Shown here one piece after another: positions 1 to 10,532 of a DNA stretch of 64,000 nt (its first letter is position 1; each line of letters starts with the position of its first letter). Source of the DNA: a virus; the IMG/VR virus record IMGVR_UViG_3300042348_000780; one strand, written 5' to 3'. Both the position numbers and the translations under genes were made by a program. The notes beneath the pieces are model-generated. The model did not search any database. It was not told the origin of the DNA and saw nothing but the letters and a program-made list of their open reading frames with translations.

Positions 1-1
1 T

Positions 2-382
2 ATATATGCTGATCAAGGAAATTTTTGCGATTGGAATGAAATAAAAGAACAATGCCCAAATAATTTTGATTTTTTTATTGAAGATGGTAGTCATTGGCCA
101 AATCATATGGCAGTAAGTTTGTGGCAAGCAAAAGATTTAGTAAAACAAAATGGATATTATTTTATGGAAGATATTCAAAATCCAAAAACTAGTCGTGGGA
201 TGTTTAAATATGATAACGCATTATTGTGTGAAGATTTAATCAATACACAAAAAACTGGAATTTTTAAAAGCCATTTTTTAAATAATCAACAGAATTTAGA
301 TATTAATAAATCTTTTGAATTAGTTGAATTAGTGTTGGATCCAAAATCAATAAATTATTTAGCAATATTTAGAAAGATATAA
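2..382 (+). CDS. Class I SAM-dependent (sugar O-)methyltransferase, 5'-truncated by window edge
   Basis: Frame open from base 2: IYADQGN...FDFFIEDGSHWPNHM...GYYFMEDI; paralogous to the next ORF. Confidence 0.7.
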   Translation: MYADQGNFCDWNEIKEQCPNNFDFFIEDGSHWPNHMAVSLWQAKDLVKQNGYYFMEDIQNPKTSRGMFKYDNALLCEDLINTQKTGIFKSHFLNNQQNLDINKSFELVELVLDPKSINYLAIFRKI

Positions 383-383
383 A

Positions 384-1061
384 ATGATAAAAATTAAAAC
401 ATTAGATGAATTAGCAAATTTTTATAAAACCGATAAAGGTACTATGTTTGAAACTCCATGTAAACATGGTTATGCACCAATATATGATGAATTATTAACG
501 CCATTAAGAGATAAAGATATTTCTTTATTGGAAGTTGGTGTTTGGTTAGAAACTTCATCCATTGGTGGTGAATCTTTAAATATGTGGAAAGAATATTTTA
601 AAAATGCAAATATATATGCATTTGATATTAGAGATATGAAAAATCATCCATTTTTTGTAAATAACACTAATGTGTATTTTTACAATGGAGATCAGGGCAA
701 CCGAGACGATTTTGTATCTATGCATAATGCATTTAATAATGTATTTTTTGATTTTATTCTTGAGGATGGATCACATAATGCAAATCATCAAATGATTTCA
801 TTTGCTAGTTTATTTAAATATGTTAAACCTGGGGGCATTTATATCTTAGAAGATATAACATTACCTGGTGTTGCCAACTGTAATGGAATGAATAATAATC
901 CAACATGGTATACTTTGAATGGTTTTATTGAAAATAAACAAATAATATCTAATTATTTAACAGATGAAGAAACCTCCTATCTTACTGATAACATAGACAA
1001 AATAATAATACATAACGATATTAAGAATCAATGGGCTACGGCTATAATTTATAAAAAATGA
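384..1061 (+). CDS. SAM-dependent O-methyltransferase (MycE/Methyltransf_24-like)
   Basis: TDKG..HGY, LLEVGV, SLNMWKEYF, GDQG, FDFILEDGSH, VKPGGIYILED motifs. Confidence 0.75.
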   Translation: MIKIKTLDELANFYKTDKGTMFETPCKHGYAPIYDELLTPLRDKDISLLEVGVWLETSSIGGESLNMWKEYFKNANIYAFDIRDMKNHPFFVNNTNVYFYNGDQGNRDDFVSMHNAFNNVFFDFILEDGSHNANHQMISFASLFKYVKPGGIYILEDITLPGVANCNGMNNNPTWYTLNGFIENKQIISNYLTDEETSYLTDNIDKIIIHNDIKNQWATAIIYKK

Positions 1062-1828
1062 ATATTTTAATAACAGGCGGTAATGGATACATCGCAAAAA
1101 AATTAAAGCAAAATTTAAATTATAATATACTCGCAGTCACTCGTCACGATTTTGACCTTGAAGATACTACAGCTGTTCATAAGTGGTTTCGTGATAAAAC
1201 ATTTGATGTAGTAATACATACAGCAATATCTGGTGGGAGCAGATTAAAATCTGATGATTCTAGCATTATAGAATCAAATTTAAAAATGTATTACAATTTA
1301 TATAATGAAAGACATCAGTTTGGTAAACTTATATCTTTTGGTTCAGGTGCAGAAATATTTGCATCAAATACACCATATGGTGAAAGTAAAAAAAGAATTG
1401 CAGAATCAATTCAAAATACTAATAATTTTTACAATATTCGCATATTTAATGTATTTGATGAGAATGAATTAGAAACTCGATTTGTAAAAGCAAATATCAT
1501 AAGACATATTCGCAATCAACCAATGATAATATTTAACGATAAAATCATGGATTTTTACTACATGAAAGATTTATTATCTTTAGTGGAATATTATCTAGTA
1601 AATAGTGATTTGCCAAAAGAATCAAATTGTAGTTACGAGATTAAGTTTACATTAAAGCAAATAGCAAATTTTATAAATTCACTAGACAATCACAAAGTTC
1701 CTGTTATAATTCAAAGCCAAAAACATTTAGAATTTTATTGTGATTCTGCACATGATCTAAATATAAATGAAATAGGACTAAAACAGGGTATAATTAATAC
1801 TTATAATATTCTAAAAAATAGAGGTTAA
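1058..1828 (+). CDS. NAD-dependent nucleotide-sugar epimerase/dehydratase/reductase (extended SDR)
   Basis: ILITGGNGYIA Rossmann motif, YGESK (YxxxK). Confidence 0.8.
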   Translation: MNILITGGNGYIAKKLKQNLNYNILAVTRHDFDLEDTTAVHKWFRDKTFDVVIHTAISGGSRLKSDDSSIIESNLKMYYNLYNERHQFGKLISFGSGAEIFASNTPYGESKKRIAESIQNTNNFYNIRIFNVFDENELETRFVKANIIRHIRNQPMIIFNDKIMDFYYMKDLLSLVEYYLVNSDLPKESNCSYEIKFTLKQIANFINSLDNHKVPVIIQSQKHLEFYCDSAHDLNINEIGLKQGIINTYNILKNRG

Positions 1829-1829
1829 T

Positions 1830-3176
1830 ATGATTGATGTGAATTTATCTGGTGATGAAATTGATCGTAAAATAAAAGAACTTGTTCAATTAAAAAGAAA
1901 ACAAACAAAAAAATGGATTCGAGGAAAAGATACAATTCAATATGCTGGCAATTACTTTGATGATGAAGAATTTATTGCTGGTATAGATTGTTTTCTTGAT
2001 GGTTGGTTGGTTCTTGGAGATCATGGTCTTCGTTTCGAAAGACAATTCAAAGAAAAACTTGGAAAACAACACGGTGCATTAGTAAATAGTGGATCAAGTG
2101 CTAATCTTTTAATGATTACTGCATTAAAATCTAAAAGACTTTATAATTTTGGTCCAGGGACAAAGATAATTACTCCTGCCGCTGGTTTTCCAACAACAAT
2201 TAATCCAATTATCCAAAATGGTTTTCAACCAGTTTTTGTTGATATTGAAGTAGATACTTTAAATCTAAATTTAGATCAAGTTGAACAAGCAGCAAAAAAT
2301 GGTGCTAAAGTTCTTGCATTTGCACATGTACTTGGTAATCCACCTAATATGGATAAGTTAATGGAGATTGTTGATAAGTATAATCTTATTCTTCTTGAAG
2401 ATTGTTGTGATGCTCTTGGTAGTAAATATGATGGTAAATTACTAGGATCTTTCGGTCAATTTGCATCATGTTCGTTTTATCCTGCACATCATATTACAAT
2501 GGGAGAAGGAGGATTTGTTGCATCTAAAACTGATGAACAAGATACAGTAATTAAAAGTCTTCGTGAATGGGGAAGAGGTTGTTATTGTTCTGGTAAGGGT
2601 GCTTCTTGTCTTCGAAATGGAATGTGTAAGAAGAGATTCAGTGAATGGTTGCCAAGTTTTCCTGGAGTAATATTTGATCACAAATATGTCTATGAAGAGA
2701 TTGGTTATAATCTAAAACCAATTGAAATGCAAGCGGCAATAGGATTAGTTCAACTTAAGAAGTTAGATAAGATTATTGAACTTCGAAAGAAAAATTTTAA
2801 TCGTCTATACCAAATTTTTTCAAAATATGATAAGATTTTTCATCTACCAAAAGCAACTGAAAAATCAGATCCTTCTTGGTTTGCTTTCCCATTAACAGTT
2901 AAAGATGGAGTATATCTTAAACGAAATGAATTTACTATGTATCTTGAAGACAATAAGATACAGACTAGAAATTATTTTGGTGGAAATGTTCTTCTTCAAC
3001 CAGCATATGAAGGAATTTATTCTGGTAATGCAAAGAAAGATTTTCCAGTCGCAACAAAAGTTACTACTGACACATTTTTTTTAGGGACTAGTCCAGTCAT
3101 AACAGACGAACAACTAGATTATATTGAAGATGTAGTTACAACTTATTTTAATAATTCTACAAATTATAGCGTATAA
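1830..3176 (+). CDS. rfbH: CDP-4-keto-6-deoxyglucose 3-dehydratase (RfbH/DdhC, PMP-dependent, DegT family)
   Basis: VNSGSSANL, LEDCCDALG, SFYPAHHITMGEGG (His in place of the PLP Lys), Cys-rich WGRGCYC...C segment, DHKYVY. Confidence 0.9.
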   Translation: MIDVNLSGDEIDRKIKELVQLKRKQTKKWIRGKDTIQYAGNYFDDEEFIAGIDCFLDGWLVLGDHGLRFERQFKEKLGKQHGALVNSGSSANLLMITALKSKRLYNFGPGTKIITPAAGFPTTINPIIQNGFQPVFVDIEVDTLNLNLDQVEQAAKNGAKVLAFAHVLGNPPNMDKLMEIVDKYNLILLEDCCDALGSKYDGKLLGSFGQFASCSFYPAHHITMGEGGFVASKTDEQDTVIKSLREWGRGCYCSGKGASCLRNGMCKKRFSEWLPSFPGVIFDHKYVYEEIGYNLKPIEMQAAIGLVQLKKLDKIIELRKKNFNRLYQIFSKYDKIFHLPKATEKSDPSWFAFPLTVKDGVYLKRNEFTMYLEDNKIQTRNYFGGNVLLQPAYEGIYSGNAKKDFPVATKVTTDTFFLGTSPVITDEQLDYIEDVVTTYFNNSTNYSV

Positions 3177-3179
3177 ATA
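3172..3179 (+). promoter_or_regulatory. T4-type late promoter TATAAATA
   Basis: Exact TATAAATA upstream of the GT2-TPR gene; same motif at 4436, 9352, 12490, 18629, 27906, 29900, 31623, 40769, 41873, 42802, 54247 (+) and 42798, 50374 (-). Confidence 0.75.
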
Positions 3180-3197
3180 AGATAAAGGATCTTAATT

Positions 3198-4406
3198 ATG
3201 CATCGACTTTCTTTGTCAATGATTGTAAAAAATGAATCACATGTGATTCTAGAGTGTCTTAATTCAGTATATAAACTTATAGATTATTGGGTAATAGTTG
3301 ATACAGGATCAACAGATGGAACCCAAGATATTATCAAAAACTTCTTTCAAGAGAAAGGCATTCCTGGAGAATTACATGAAAAGGAATGGAAAGGTTTTGG
3401 TAAATCAAGAACAGAAGCATTAGATCTTTGTAAGGGTAAAGCAGAATATGCTTATATGATCGATGCAGATGATTATCTACATGGTGAATTCAAATTACCA
3501 CCAGGAAATAAAGTTGATTCATATGCTCTTCGTCTAGGAAGAGAAGAATTTTCTTGGTGGAGAAATCAAATATTCAAAGTAGATGCTGAATGGGAATACG
3601 TTGGTGTTCTTCATGAATACGCTCGTTCTAGAGCAAAAGAACAACCAATCATAGCAAAGCTTGAAGGTAATTATAGGGTAGTCGCTCGCACTGTTGGTGC
3701 AAGAAATGTTGGCATTACACCTGTTGAAAAATATACAAAAGATGCCGAGACATTAGAGAAGGCTCTTATAGATGAACCAGATAATATTCGATATATGTTT
3801 TATCTGGGTCAATCATATTTTGATTCACAACAGTGGGAAAAAGCAATTGATGCTTATATGAGAAGAGCCGAAAAGGGTGGATGGGGTGAAGAAGTATATT
3901 ATTCTTTATATCGAATTGCAGTAGCCAAGGCCATGTTAAATCGTCCATGGGGTGAAATCATGGAATCATTTTTGCTTGCCTACAATTCAAGACCAATTCG
4001 AGCAGAGCCACTATATCATATTGCTCAAATCTATCGTACAAAGTTTAACATGCCTGCAATCGCCTATATGTTCGCAAAGGCAGCATCAGATATTCCATTT
4101 CCAGAAGGAGATATCTTATTCGTACCTGATATGATGTACAATTATGCAATATTAGATGAATTGGCTGCTACAGCACATGCAGCAGGACAATTTCAATTAG
4201 GATATGATGTTTGCCGTAGACTATTACTTGAAAATAAGATTCCAAAATCAGAGATTCCACGAATTCAAGGTAATTTGGAACAATATGCACATATATTGGA
4301 ACAGATGAAGAAACAACAGGCTGCTTTTCAACAACAGATGAAACAAATGGAGCCTGATCCAGAACCAGAAAAAAAGAAACAAATAAAATACAAAGAACGT
4401 AAATAA
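3198..4406 (+). CDS. Glycosyltransferase family 2 with C-terminal TPR repeats
   Basis: SMIVKNE, VDTGSTDGT, IDADD (DxD), YVGVLHE, followed by TPR-like helices (FYLGQSY, RAEPLY). Confidence 0.85.
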   Translation: MHRLSLSMIVKNESHVILECLNSVYKLIDYWVIVDTGSTDGTQDIIKNFFQEKGIPGELHEKEWKGFGKSRTEALDLCKGKAEYAYMIDADDYLHGEFKLPPGNKVDSYALRLGREEFSWWRNQIFKVDAEWEYVGVLHEYARSRAKEQPIIAKLEGNYRVVARTVGARNVGITPVEKYTKDAETLEKALIDEPDNIRYMFYLGQSYFDSQQWEKAIDAYMRRAEKGGWGEEVYYSLYRIAVAKAMLNRPWGEIMESFLLAYNSRPIRAEPLYHIAQIYRTKFNMPAIAYMFAKAASDIPFPEGDILFVPDMMYNYAILDELAATAHAAGQFQLGYDVCRRLLLENKIPKSEIPRIQGNLEQYAHILEQMKKQQAAFQQQMKQMEPDPEPEKKKQIKYKERK

Positions 4407-4410
4407 AAGA

Positions 4411-4437
4411 TAAAAACCCGCAAGATGCGGGTTTTTA
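4411..4437 (+). terminator. Rho-independent terminator
   Basis: taaaaacccgca-aga-tgcgggttttta hairpin overlapping the next late promoter. Confidence 0.7.
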
Positions 4438-4460
4438 TAAATAGCTGTATAGGAGACTCC

Positions 4461-4787
4461 ATGCCAAAGAAATTCGGAATCGCAATCACAAATCCATCGG
4501 CAATGTATACTGTAGGACATATTGCAGCAACTGCGGACACCTACACTTCTGCAAATGCTCATGTTACTGGTACAAGTACTGGTGCTTTAAATGATGGTGT
4601 TTTAGTAAAGAATGTTGGTCCTCTTGATATAAAAGTTGCATTTAGCGGTGCGACTCATGGTTCAGATACAGGATTTATTCTTGGTCAAGCTGAACAGATT
4701 TTTGTCGAAACAGCAAGTTTATCATCAGTCATTGTTAAAAATAATACAGCATCTGAAGGTATTACATTTAGCGTCTACGCAAACTAA
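4461..4787 (+). CDS. Small beta-rich virion-type protein (paralog 1 of 3)
   Basis: SD AGGAG before ATG 4461; GVLVKN...GSDTGF..IFVE motif shared with 4796 and 8986. Confidence 0.6.
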   Translation: MPKKFGIAITNPSAMYTVGHIAATADTYTSANAHVTGTSTGALNDGVLVKNVGPLDIKVAFSGATHGSDTGFILGQAEQIFVETASLSSVIVKNNTASEGITFSVYAN

Positions 4788-4795
4788 GGATTCAC

Positions 4796-5128
4796 ATGGG
4801 ATTTAAAAACGATTTTTTAAATTATCCTGTAAAAGTATTTTTCTCAAATACAATACGTAGTGGTGATGCAAATGATTTTGTTGTTATTACAACAGATGTA
4901 TTAAATGTAAATACATCACTAGCAAATGTCGGTTTCCTAATAAAAAATATAGGAACCGATTCTGATTGTTATTTTTTTGTCAAACACTCTAATAACAATC
5001 ACGGTAGTAATACTGGATTTAGAGTCAATATTGGAGAAAGTATTTTTGTAGAGTGTAATAATATATCTGATGTTTATATAAAATCAAATACGGCTCAAGA
5101 AATTTCATATCAAGTAATTGGAAATTAA
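4796..5128 (+). CDS. Small beta-rich virion-type protein (paralog 2 of 3)
   Basis: GFLIKN...GSNTGF..IFVE motif. Confidence 0.6.
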   Translation: MGFKNDFLNYPVKVFFSNTIRSGDANDFVVITTDVLNVNTSLANVGFLIKNIGTDSDCYFFVKHSNNNHGSNTGFRVNIGESIFVECNNISDVYIKSNTAQEISYQVIGN

Positions 5129-5137
5129 AGGAAAAAC

Positions 5138-8100
5138 ATGTCAAAAAATCCTGGAAGTATTTCAGAGCAAAAAAGTCCACAGACTTATATTCCATCTGCA
5201 AATCCATATAATTTAAGTAATGTTGGAGCACCAACACAATATAATAGTGCTACTGTACCAGTGACTTATAATGGTTTTAAATGGAGTTTTAGTTCTCCTG
5301 TGACATGGGGTAGATTTGTTTCTGGAGAACCATATATTATTCTTCCTGCCGCTGGTGTTATGGTAACTGGTGTATCTTATGAAAATACACCTGGTGTTTA
5401 TGAAAATTGTCCAATTCTAAAAACTGGTTACACCAGTGAGGCTGGTCAATTAAATAATGTTGGTATTACCATGTGGGTAAATGGTTCCATGAAGAATCCA
5501 GTTCCGTGGTATCATATTGAATTATTAAATTGGTCATTAGCAACAATTGGTACTACCATCCAAAAATGGTCATATGATGAAAGATATAGCAATAATATTA
5601 ATTTAATTAAGGGATGGACAGTAATAAAGGATATAGATGAATCAAAATTCCCAATGAGTGAATTTTTACGATTCCCAGTTGGTTTGTCTGCTGGTGATGT
5701 TCTTGTTACCACAAAATCAAATTTCAATGCAAATTGGCAACAAAGCAATAGGCCACAGGGGGTGGCTAGATTTGTTGCTTTTACTGATCCATGGATGAGT
5801 CGTTTAGGTATAGAAAAATATGGAATTTTAACATCCATACCACAAGGTAAAGGTCCAACCTATGCTGATTGTTATAGACCACCTGTAATGTGGAATGGAT
5901 CTTCATTCTCTGATAGACCAATATTCTATCGTAGAGATATGGTGAAGAATACAGAAGATTACTTGTTGAGTATCCCTGAGAAAAATGTTTATGGCGAAGA
6001 TATAAATTTGAATAGCACAAGTATTCAACAAGAATTCAATAATTGGAATGACAAGATCACCAATTATTGGAAATCTTCAGTTATGCCATATCATTCCCAT
6101 CACCATCGTCAAGGTGCTGTTGGTGCTTATGATGTTTACAACTCAACACCAAATGAAACAAAATATGGTTATCACGGCTATAGCTGTAAAATTATCGATC
6201 AGACTGCACAATCAATATTTGTTCCTTGGGTATCAAGGACAAATAGACAAAAAGCCTTAGATAAATTTACACAATATGGTATAGATAGCTGGGGGATGAT
6301 TAATGCTGGTGGTGCTGCTGCTGGTAACGGTGGTCATAATCAAGGTATATTTGTTCCATCATTAGCATTTTTAGGTTGGGTGTATGATAGAAATGATATC
6401 AAACAATGGCACAATAATAAACAATTATTAGATAAGTTAAAATCAACACAAATTCACCAAACAACTGGTGCTTCTATACCTGGTATTTCTGGTGGAAGAT
6501 GGGCTATAGGACAAATACAAGTTCCTTCCGACTTTTATGTAAAATCTCTTGTTTCCCAAGATTACAACCAAAGAGTCAAACTTTTTGGTTCAGCCGTTAC
6601 AAATAAGCAAGGATTTACTCATGCTACACTAACTAATTCAGATATTGATCTATATCATGGTTTAACATATCCAAGTGTAGCATCAGGAGCAACTGGTGAG
6701 GGGTGGGGATATAAGCTGACAGGTATAACCTGTGCATTTGCATATAGTGTTCCATCATTAGAACTAACTGGTCAAATTGTTTCAGGTAATTTCGGTGTTA
6801 TTGTTGCTCATAGAGACTTTGTTGGTAGACTTAATGGACTTGGACCAAAATCAAATAAATCTGGTCCAGCAGAATTACCATTGAAGTTGAATTCAAATGG
6901 CTACTTGATGAAGAAAGGTTTTCATTCAGAAGATGATGTTACTGATTACTGGGGCTTTACATCACAAACATTAGTTGGTTCAAAGATAAAAATAACTTCT
7001 GGTCCTGGTGCTGGAAATACAGCATATGAAATTCTAGATGTAAAAAATACTTTCGTAGATAGAGGAAGTCTTCAGGCTGGTGATGAAGAAACAGAACAAA
7101 CAGTAACAAACACAAACCTACAAAAATTACAATATGCTTCATTTATATTGGATCGTGATTTCGATGATAATGTTGTTCCTACAAGTGAATCAACATTTAA
7201 GATTTATCCAGCTGAAAATAATTACTCAGGGTGGGGATTCTATGCAAATCCATGGTTACAAGGATACACATACAATATGAATCTTACAACCATATACAAT
7301 CAACATAACTACAATGATATTGCAGATGAAAATATCATGAAGTTTGCAGCAATGTATAATTGGTTAGGTATCACTCACGAACAATATATGGTTGATTATA
7401 TCAAGGATCTATATTGGAATACAGCCATTCCATCATATATAAGACGTAGAAAAATTTTAGGTGGACCATATCTAGGTTCATTATATGATTCTTCAAATAT
7501 AGTTGGTGGCAACGTAATTGTTCAAATGTTAGGAATTACTGGCGCAACATTCTTACCAAGATCAATAAATTTGAATGATTTGGCTGGAATCAACGACACA
7601 GTGCCTGCTTTAGATTTAAATGGAATTACACTTGAATTTATTCCTGAACCAATTACAAATTATACAGTAGTAAATGGAAGTGGAATAAGTTATTCTGGCT
7701 ACGGTAAGATATTCAATACTCCACAGACACCGTTTAAGATTGATGCAATTATCGATGATAAGATTTTCATTAATCCATCATTCTCATCATTGTACACTTT
7801 AATTAGCAGATTCAAGGCAAAGAATGGTCCTTTCTTGAGTGATGATTTGATCACCGAAACACAAGAAACAGACAATCAATATAAAGACAGATATGCAATT
7901 TATAACTTTTTAAGTAAGAGAGATTTTACTAATGTCAACAATGTAGTAAGTAGTGCTGAATATTTAAGAAATATTCCATCACTGCAAACTTTAAATCAGA
8001 CAAATACTAAATTAAATCTTACCTTTATTAGTAATCAATATGGAGTTGCTGGTGCAGCTGGCATATTACCAAATAATGGTGAAACTAATCTATTAACTAC

Positions 8101-8974
8101 CTCCTATGGTATGAGAGCGATTACTAGAAATGGCAATTTGCTCATAATAGTGATGGATACAGAGACAGTGCGTGGAACTATAGATTTAAATGATATTTGG
8201 TACTGTGTTGCAAATCCAACAATTGCTGTTGGAGCCACTGCAATGGCAGATGAATATATCATTTCAAATTGGAAGAAGGCAGAGAATGTATTTGGTTATT
8301 TTGCTGGCACTAATATTGGCTTCTACACAAATGATCTTCCTGCATCTGGATCATTGATACCAAACTATAATCCAAGTGCAACCGATGATAAATTAATATT
8401 CTTCAAATATTTAACAAAATTAAATATTGCAGATACTCAAAATATGATTTCTGTTGTACCAGCTCCAACTGGTATTACACAATCACAATGGAGTAATATT
8501 AATTCAATAAATTATGCTGGTTGGACATTCTCAGATGCCTATAAGATTCATAAGATAGATTCAATAATAACAAACAATACCCCAGGAAATGCTGGTTATT
8601 TTAGATACAACTTCATTAATTCAACAGCAAATGATTATAGAAGATATGCATATAATACATTTAGATTGTGGTATAATAACTTTATTGACATGGAAACCAT
8701 CCGTGGTATTCCAACATTCAGTATAAGACAAGAAGTTGATACTAATGTCTTTGAACAGATGGATATGTCGGTCGAGAAGTTAACATTGAATGAAACCATA
8801 TTGAGTAATGAATTCTATAATCCAAAGGGTAGAAATATTTTAAATTCTGGTGTTATAGGTAGTGATTATGAACATAATGGATTCTATAACACATATATTC
8901 ATGGACTTACATTCAATTTATTACTTCCACAGACTCCACATACATTGTTATGGTGTTCAGGGGCTACAATTTAA
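5138..8974 (+). CDS. Large (1278 aa) late protein, possible glycan-binding or depolymerase virion component
   Basis: Long ORF in late operon; N-terminal WSFSSPVTWGRFVSGE / NGSMKNP / YRPP / QYGIDSWG..GGHNQG motifs; function not established. Confidence 0.5.
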   Translation: MSKNPGSISEQKSPQTYIPSANPYNLSNVGAPTQYNSATVPVTYNGFKWSFSSPVTWGRFVSGEPYIILPAAGVMVTGVSYENTPGVYENCPILKTGYTSEAGQLNNVGITMWVNGSMKNPVPWYHIELLNWSLATIGTTIQKWSYDERYSNNINLIKGWTVIKDIDESKFPMSEFLRFPVGLSAGDVLVTTKSNFNANWQQSNRPQGVARFVAFTDPWMSRLGIEKYGILTSIPQGKGPTYADCYRPPVMWNGSSFSDRPIFYRRDMVKNTEDYLLSIPEKNVYGEDINLNSTSIQQEFNNWNDKITNYWKSSVMPYHSHHHRQGAVGAYDVYNSTPNETKYGYHGYSCKIIDQTAQSIFVPWVSRTNRQKALDKFTQYGIDSWGMINAGGAAAGNGGHNQGIFVPSLAFLGWVYDRNDIKQWHNNKQLLDKLKSTQIHQTTGASIPGISGGRWAIGQIQVPSDFYVKSLVSQDYNQRVKLFGSAVTNKQGFTHATLTNSDIDLYHGLTYPSVASGATGEGWGYKLTGITCAFAYSVPSLELTGQIVSGNFGVIVAHRDFVGRLNGLGPKSNKSGPAELPLKLNSNGYLMKKGFHSEDDVTDYWGFTSQTLVGSKIKITSGPGAGNTAYEILDVKNTFVDRGSLQAGDEETEQTVTNTNLQKLQYASFILDRDFDDNVVPTSESTFKIYPAENNYSGWGFYANPWLQGYTYNMNLTTIYNQHNYNDIADENIMKFAAMYNWLGITHEQYMVDYIKDLYWNTAIPSYIRRRKILGGPYLGSLYDSSNIVGGNVIVQMLGITGATFLPRSINLNDLAGINDTVPALDLNGITLEFIPEPITNYTVVNGSGISYSGYGKIFNTPQTPFKIDAIIDDKIFINPSFSSLYTLISRFKAKNGPFLSDDLITETQETDNQYKDRYAIYNFLSKRDFTNVNNVVSSAEYLRNIPSLQTLNQTNTKLNLTFISNQYGVAGAAGILPNNGETNLLTTSYGMRAITRNGNLLIIVMDTETVRGTIDLNDIWYCVANPTIAVGATAMADEYIISNWKKAENVFGYFAGTNIGFYTNDLPASGSLIPNYNPSATDDKLIFFKYLTKLNIADTQNMISVVPAPTGITQSQWSNINSINYAGWTFSDAYKIHKIDSIITNNTPGNAGYFRYNFINSTANDYRRYAYNTFRLWYNNFIDMETIRGIPTFSIRQEVDTNVFEQMDMSVEKLTLNETILSNEFYNPKGRNILNSGVIGSDYEHNGFYNTYIHGLTFNLLLPQTPHTLLWCSGATI

Positions 8975-8985
8975 CAGAGGATAAT

Positions 8986-9303
8986 ATGTCAAAAAATATA
9001 ACACAAGTCATAAATCCACCGAAATTAATGATAACATTGTCTTTATCGAATGATGATTTTCAATATTTGACAGATTTAGTTTCTGTTGATTTTAGTTCAA
9101 TAAATAATGGTGTTTTCATCAAAAATAATTCAACTGTTTCTGGTCAAAATGTTTCTGTAAAAATTGCCAATGTTACAAACGTAGCAAATACAATTGAATT
9201 AATTAATGATGATAATATTTTTATTGAACTTGATACTATATCGAATCTTCAATTAAAGGGTGATTCGACTACACCAAGATCAGTAAGTATTTTTGTTAAT
9301 TAA
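8986..9303 (+). CDS. Small beta-rich virion-type protein (paralog 3 of 3)
   Basis: SD GAGG before ATG 8986; GVFIKN...IFIE motif. Confidence 0.6.
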   Translation: MSKNITQVINPPKLMITLSLSNDDFQYLTDLVSVDFSSINNGVFIKNNSTVSGQNVSVKIANVTNVANTIELINDDNIFIELDTISNLQLKGDSTTPRSVSIFVN

Positions 9304-9316
9304 TTAGCAAATTCAT

Positions 9317-9352
9317 GAAAACACGGAGAAGAAATTCTCCGTGTTTTCTTTT
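9317..9352 (+). terminator. Rho-independent terminator
   Basis: 14-bp stem gaaaacacggagaa/ttctccgtgttttc plus T tract. Confidence 0.8.
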
Positions 9353-9365
9353 ATAAATATTCATA

Positions 9366-10532
9366 ATGCCTTTAAATTTTCCAGCAAATCCTATGACTGG
9401 TGCTACATTTTCATTTGAAAATGTGTCATGGACATATAATGGATATGCTTGGCAGAGATTAGTTGGTCCAACTGGAGCAATAGGTCCAATTGGTCCAACT
9501 GGATCTCAAGGTATTCAGGGTCCAACAGGTCCAACAGGATCTCAGGGTCCAACAGGTCCAACAGGATCTCAGGGTATTCAGGGGCCAACAGGTCCAACAG
9601 GATCTCAGGGTATTCAGGGTCCAACAGGATCTCAAGGTGTATCAGGTGCAATAAGTTTTACTTCATCAACTACAGCACCCGCAGGAGCCACATACGGCGA
9701 TATGTGGTTCAACACCACAAGCGGAAATATATTTGTTTATATTACAGACGGAACATCTTCCTATTGGGTTGAACCATTTGGTCCTCAAGGAGCAACAGGT
9801 GCTAATGGAACAAATGGAGTAAGTGGTGCTACTGGTGCTACAGGAGCAACAGGTTTTCAAGGTAATACTGGTGCAACAGGTTCTCAAGGTGTTACAGGTG
9901 CCACTGGTCCCCAAGGTGCAACAGGTACCGCAGGTTCAGGTGTTGCTGGTAACAACGATGTCGGTGTGATGTATTTGAAAAATAATGCTGTCGAGACAGT
10001 AATTTCCGTAATCAACCAGCGTCAGGTTGTTTCGGGAACTATGCAAACGGGAGCCTTATACAATTTTATCAAAGATCCCTCGACTAACTCGTTAAAATAT
10101 ACAGGTAGTGGTGGAAGATTCCATGCTATAGCAACCTTCGACTTTTTTAGCGAAGTTAGCAACAACACATGTGGATTCTACATCGGAAAGAACACAGATC
10201 CTGCTAGTGGTCTGAGTGCGGATGCTGACAGAATCTCGGAATCAGAAATTTATGTTGACTGTTCATCATCGTCTAAACCAGTTGCGGGTGCTATTCAGAC
10301 AATAGTTGATCTTGAGACGGATGATCGTATCTTCTTTATTGTGCAGAACAAAAGTGCCGCAAAGAATATTACTGTTGAGTTTATGAAGTTTATAGCAGTT
10401 CCCTTGACATCCGAACGCGGAGCAACGGGAGCAACAGGTGCAACTCCAACAAATATTGTAAATTCCGTCAACGGTCAAACAGGTGCAGTTCAATATATCG
10501 TAGACTTCAAGAGAGGATGGTTCTTCCTATGA
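9366..10532 (+). CDS. Collagen-like fibre protein
   Basis: MPLNFP..W.YNG.W N-terminus, G-X-Y repeats, [11 protein letters not shown] motif. Confidence 0.8.
   Translation: MPLNFPANPMTGATFSFENVSWTYNGYAWQRLVGPTGAIGPIGPTGSQGIQGPTGPTGSQGPTGPTGSQGIQGPTGPTGSQGIQGPTGSQGVSGAISFTSSTTAPAGATYGDMWFNTTSGNIFVYITDGTSSYWVEPFGPQGATGANGTNGVSGATGATGATGFQGNTGATGSQGVTGATGPQGATGTAGSGVAGNNDVGVMYLKNNAVETVISVINQRQVVSGTMQTGALYNFIKDPSTNSLKYTGSGGRFHAIATFDFFSEVSNNTCGFYIGKNTDPASGLSADADRISESEIYVDCSSSSKPVAGAIQTIVDLETDDRIFFIVQNKSAAKNITVEFMKFIAVPLTSERGATGATGATPTNIVNSVNGQTGAVQYIVDFKRGWFFL
9463..9640 (+). repeat. Collagen-coding tandem repeats (ggtccaaca / ggatctcagggtattcag units)
   Basis: Visible 9-nt-unit repeats, near-identical to those at 13711-13990. 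Confidence 0.85.
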
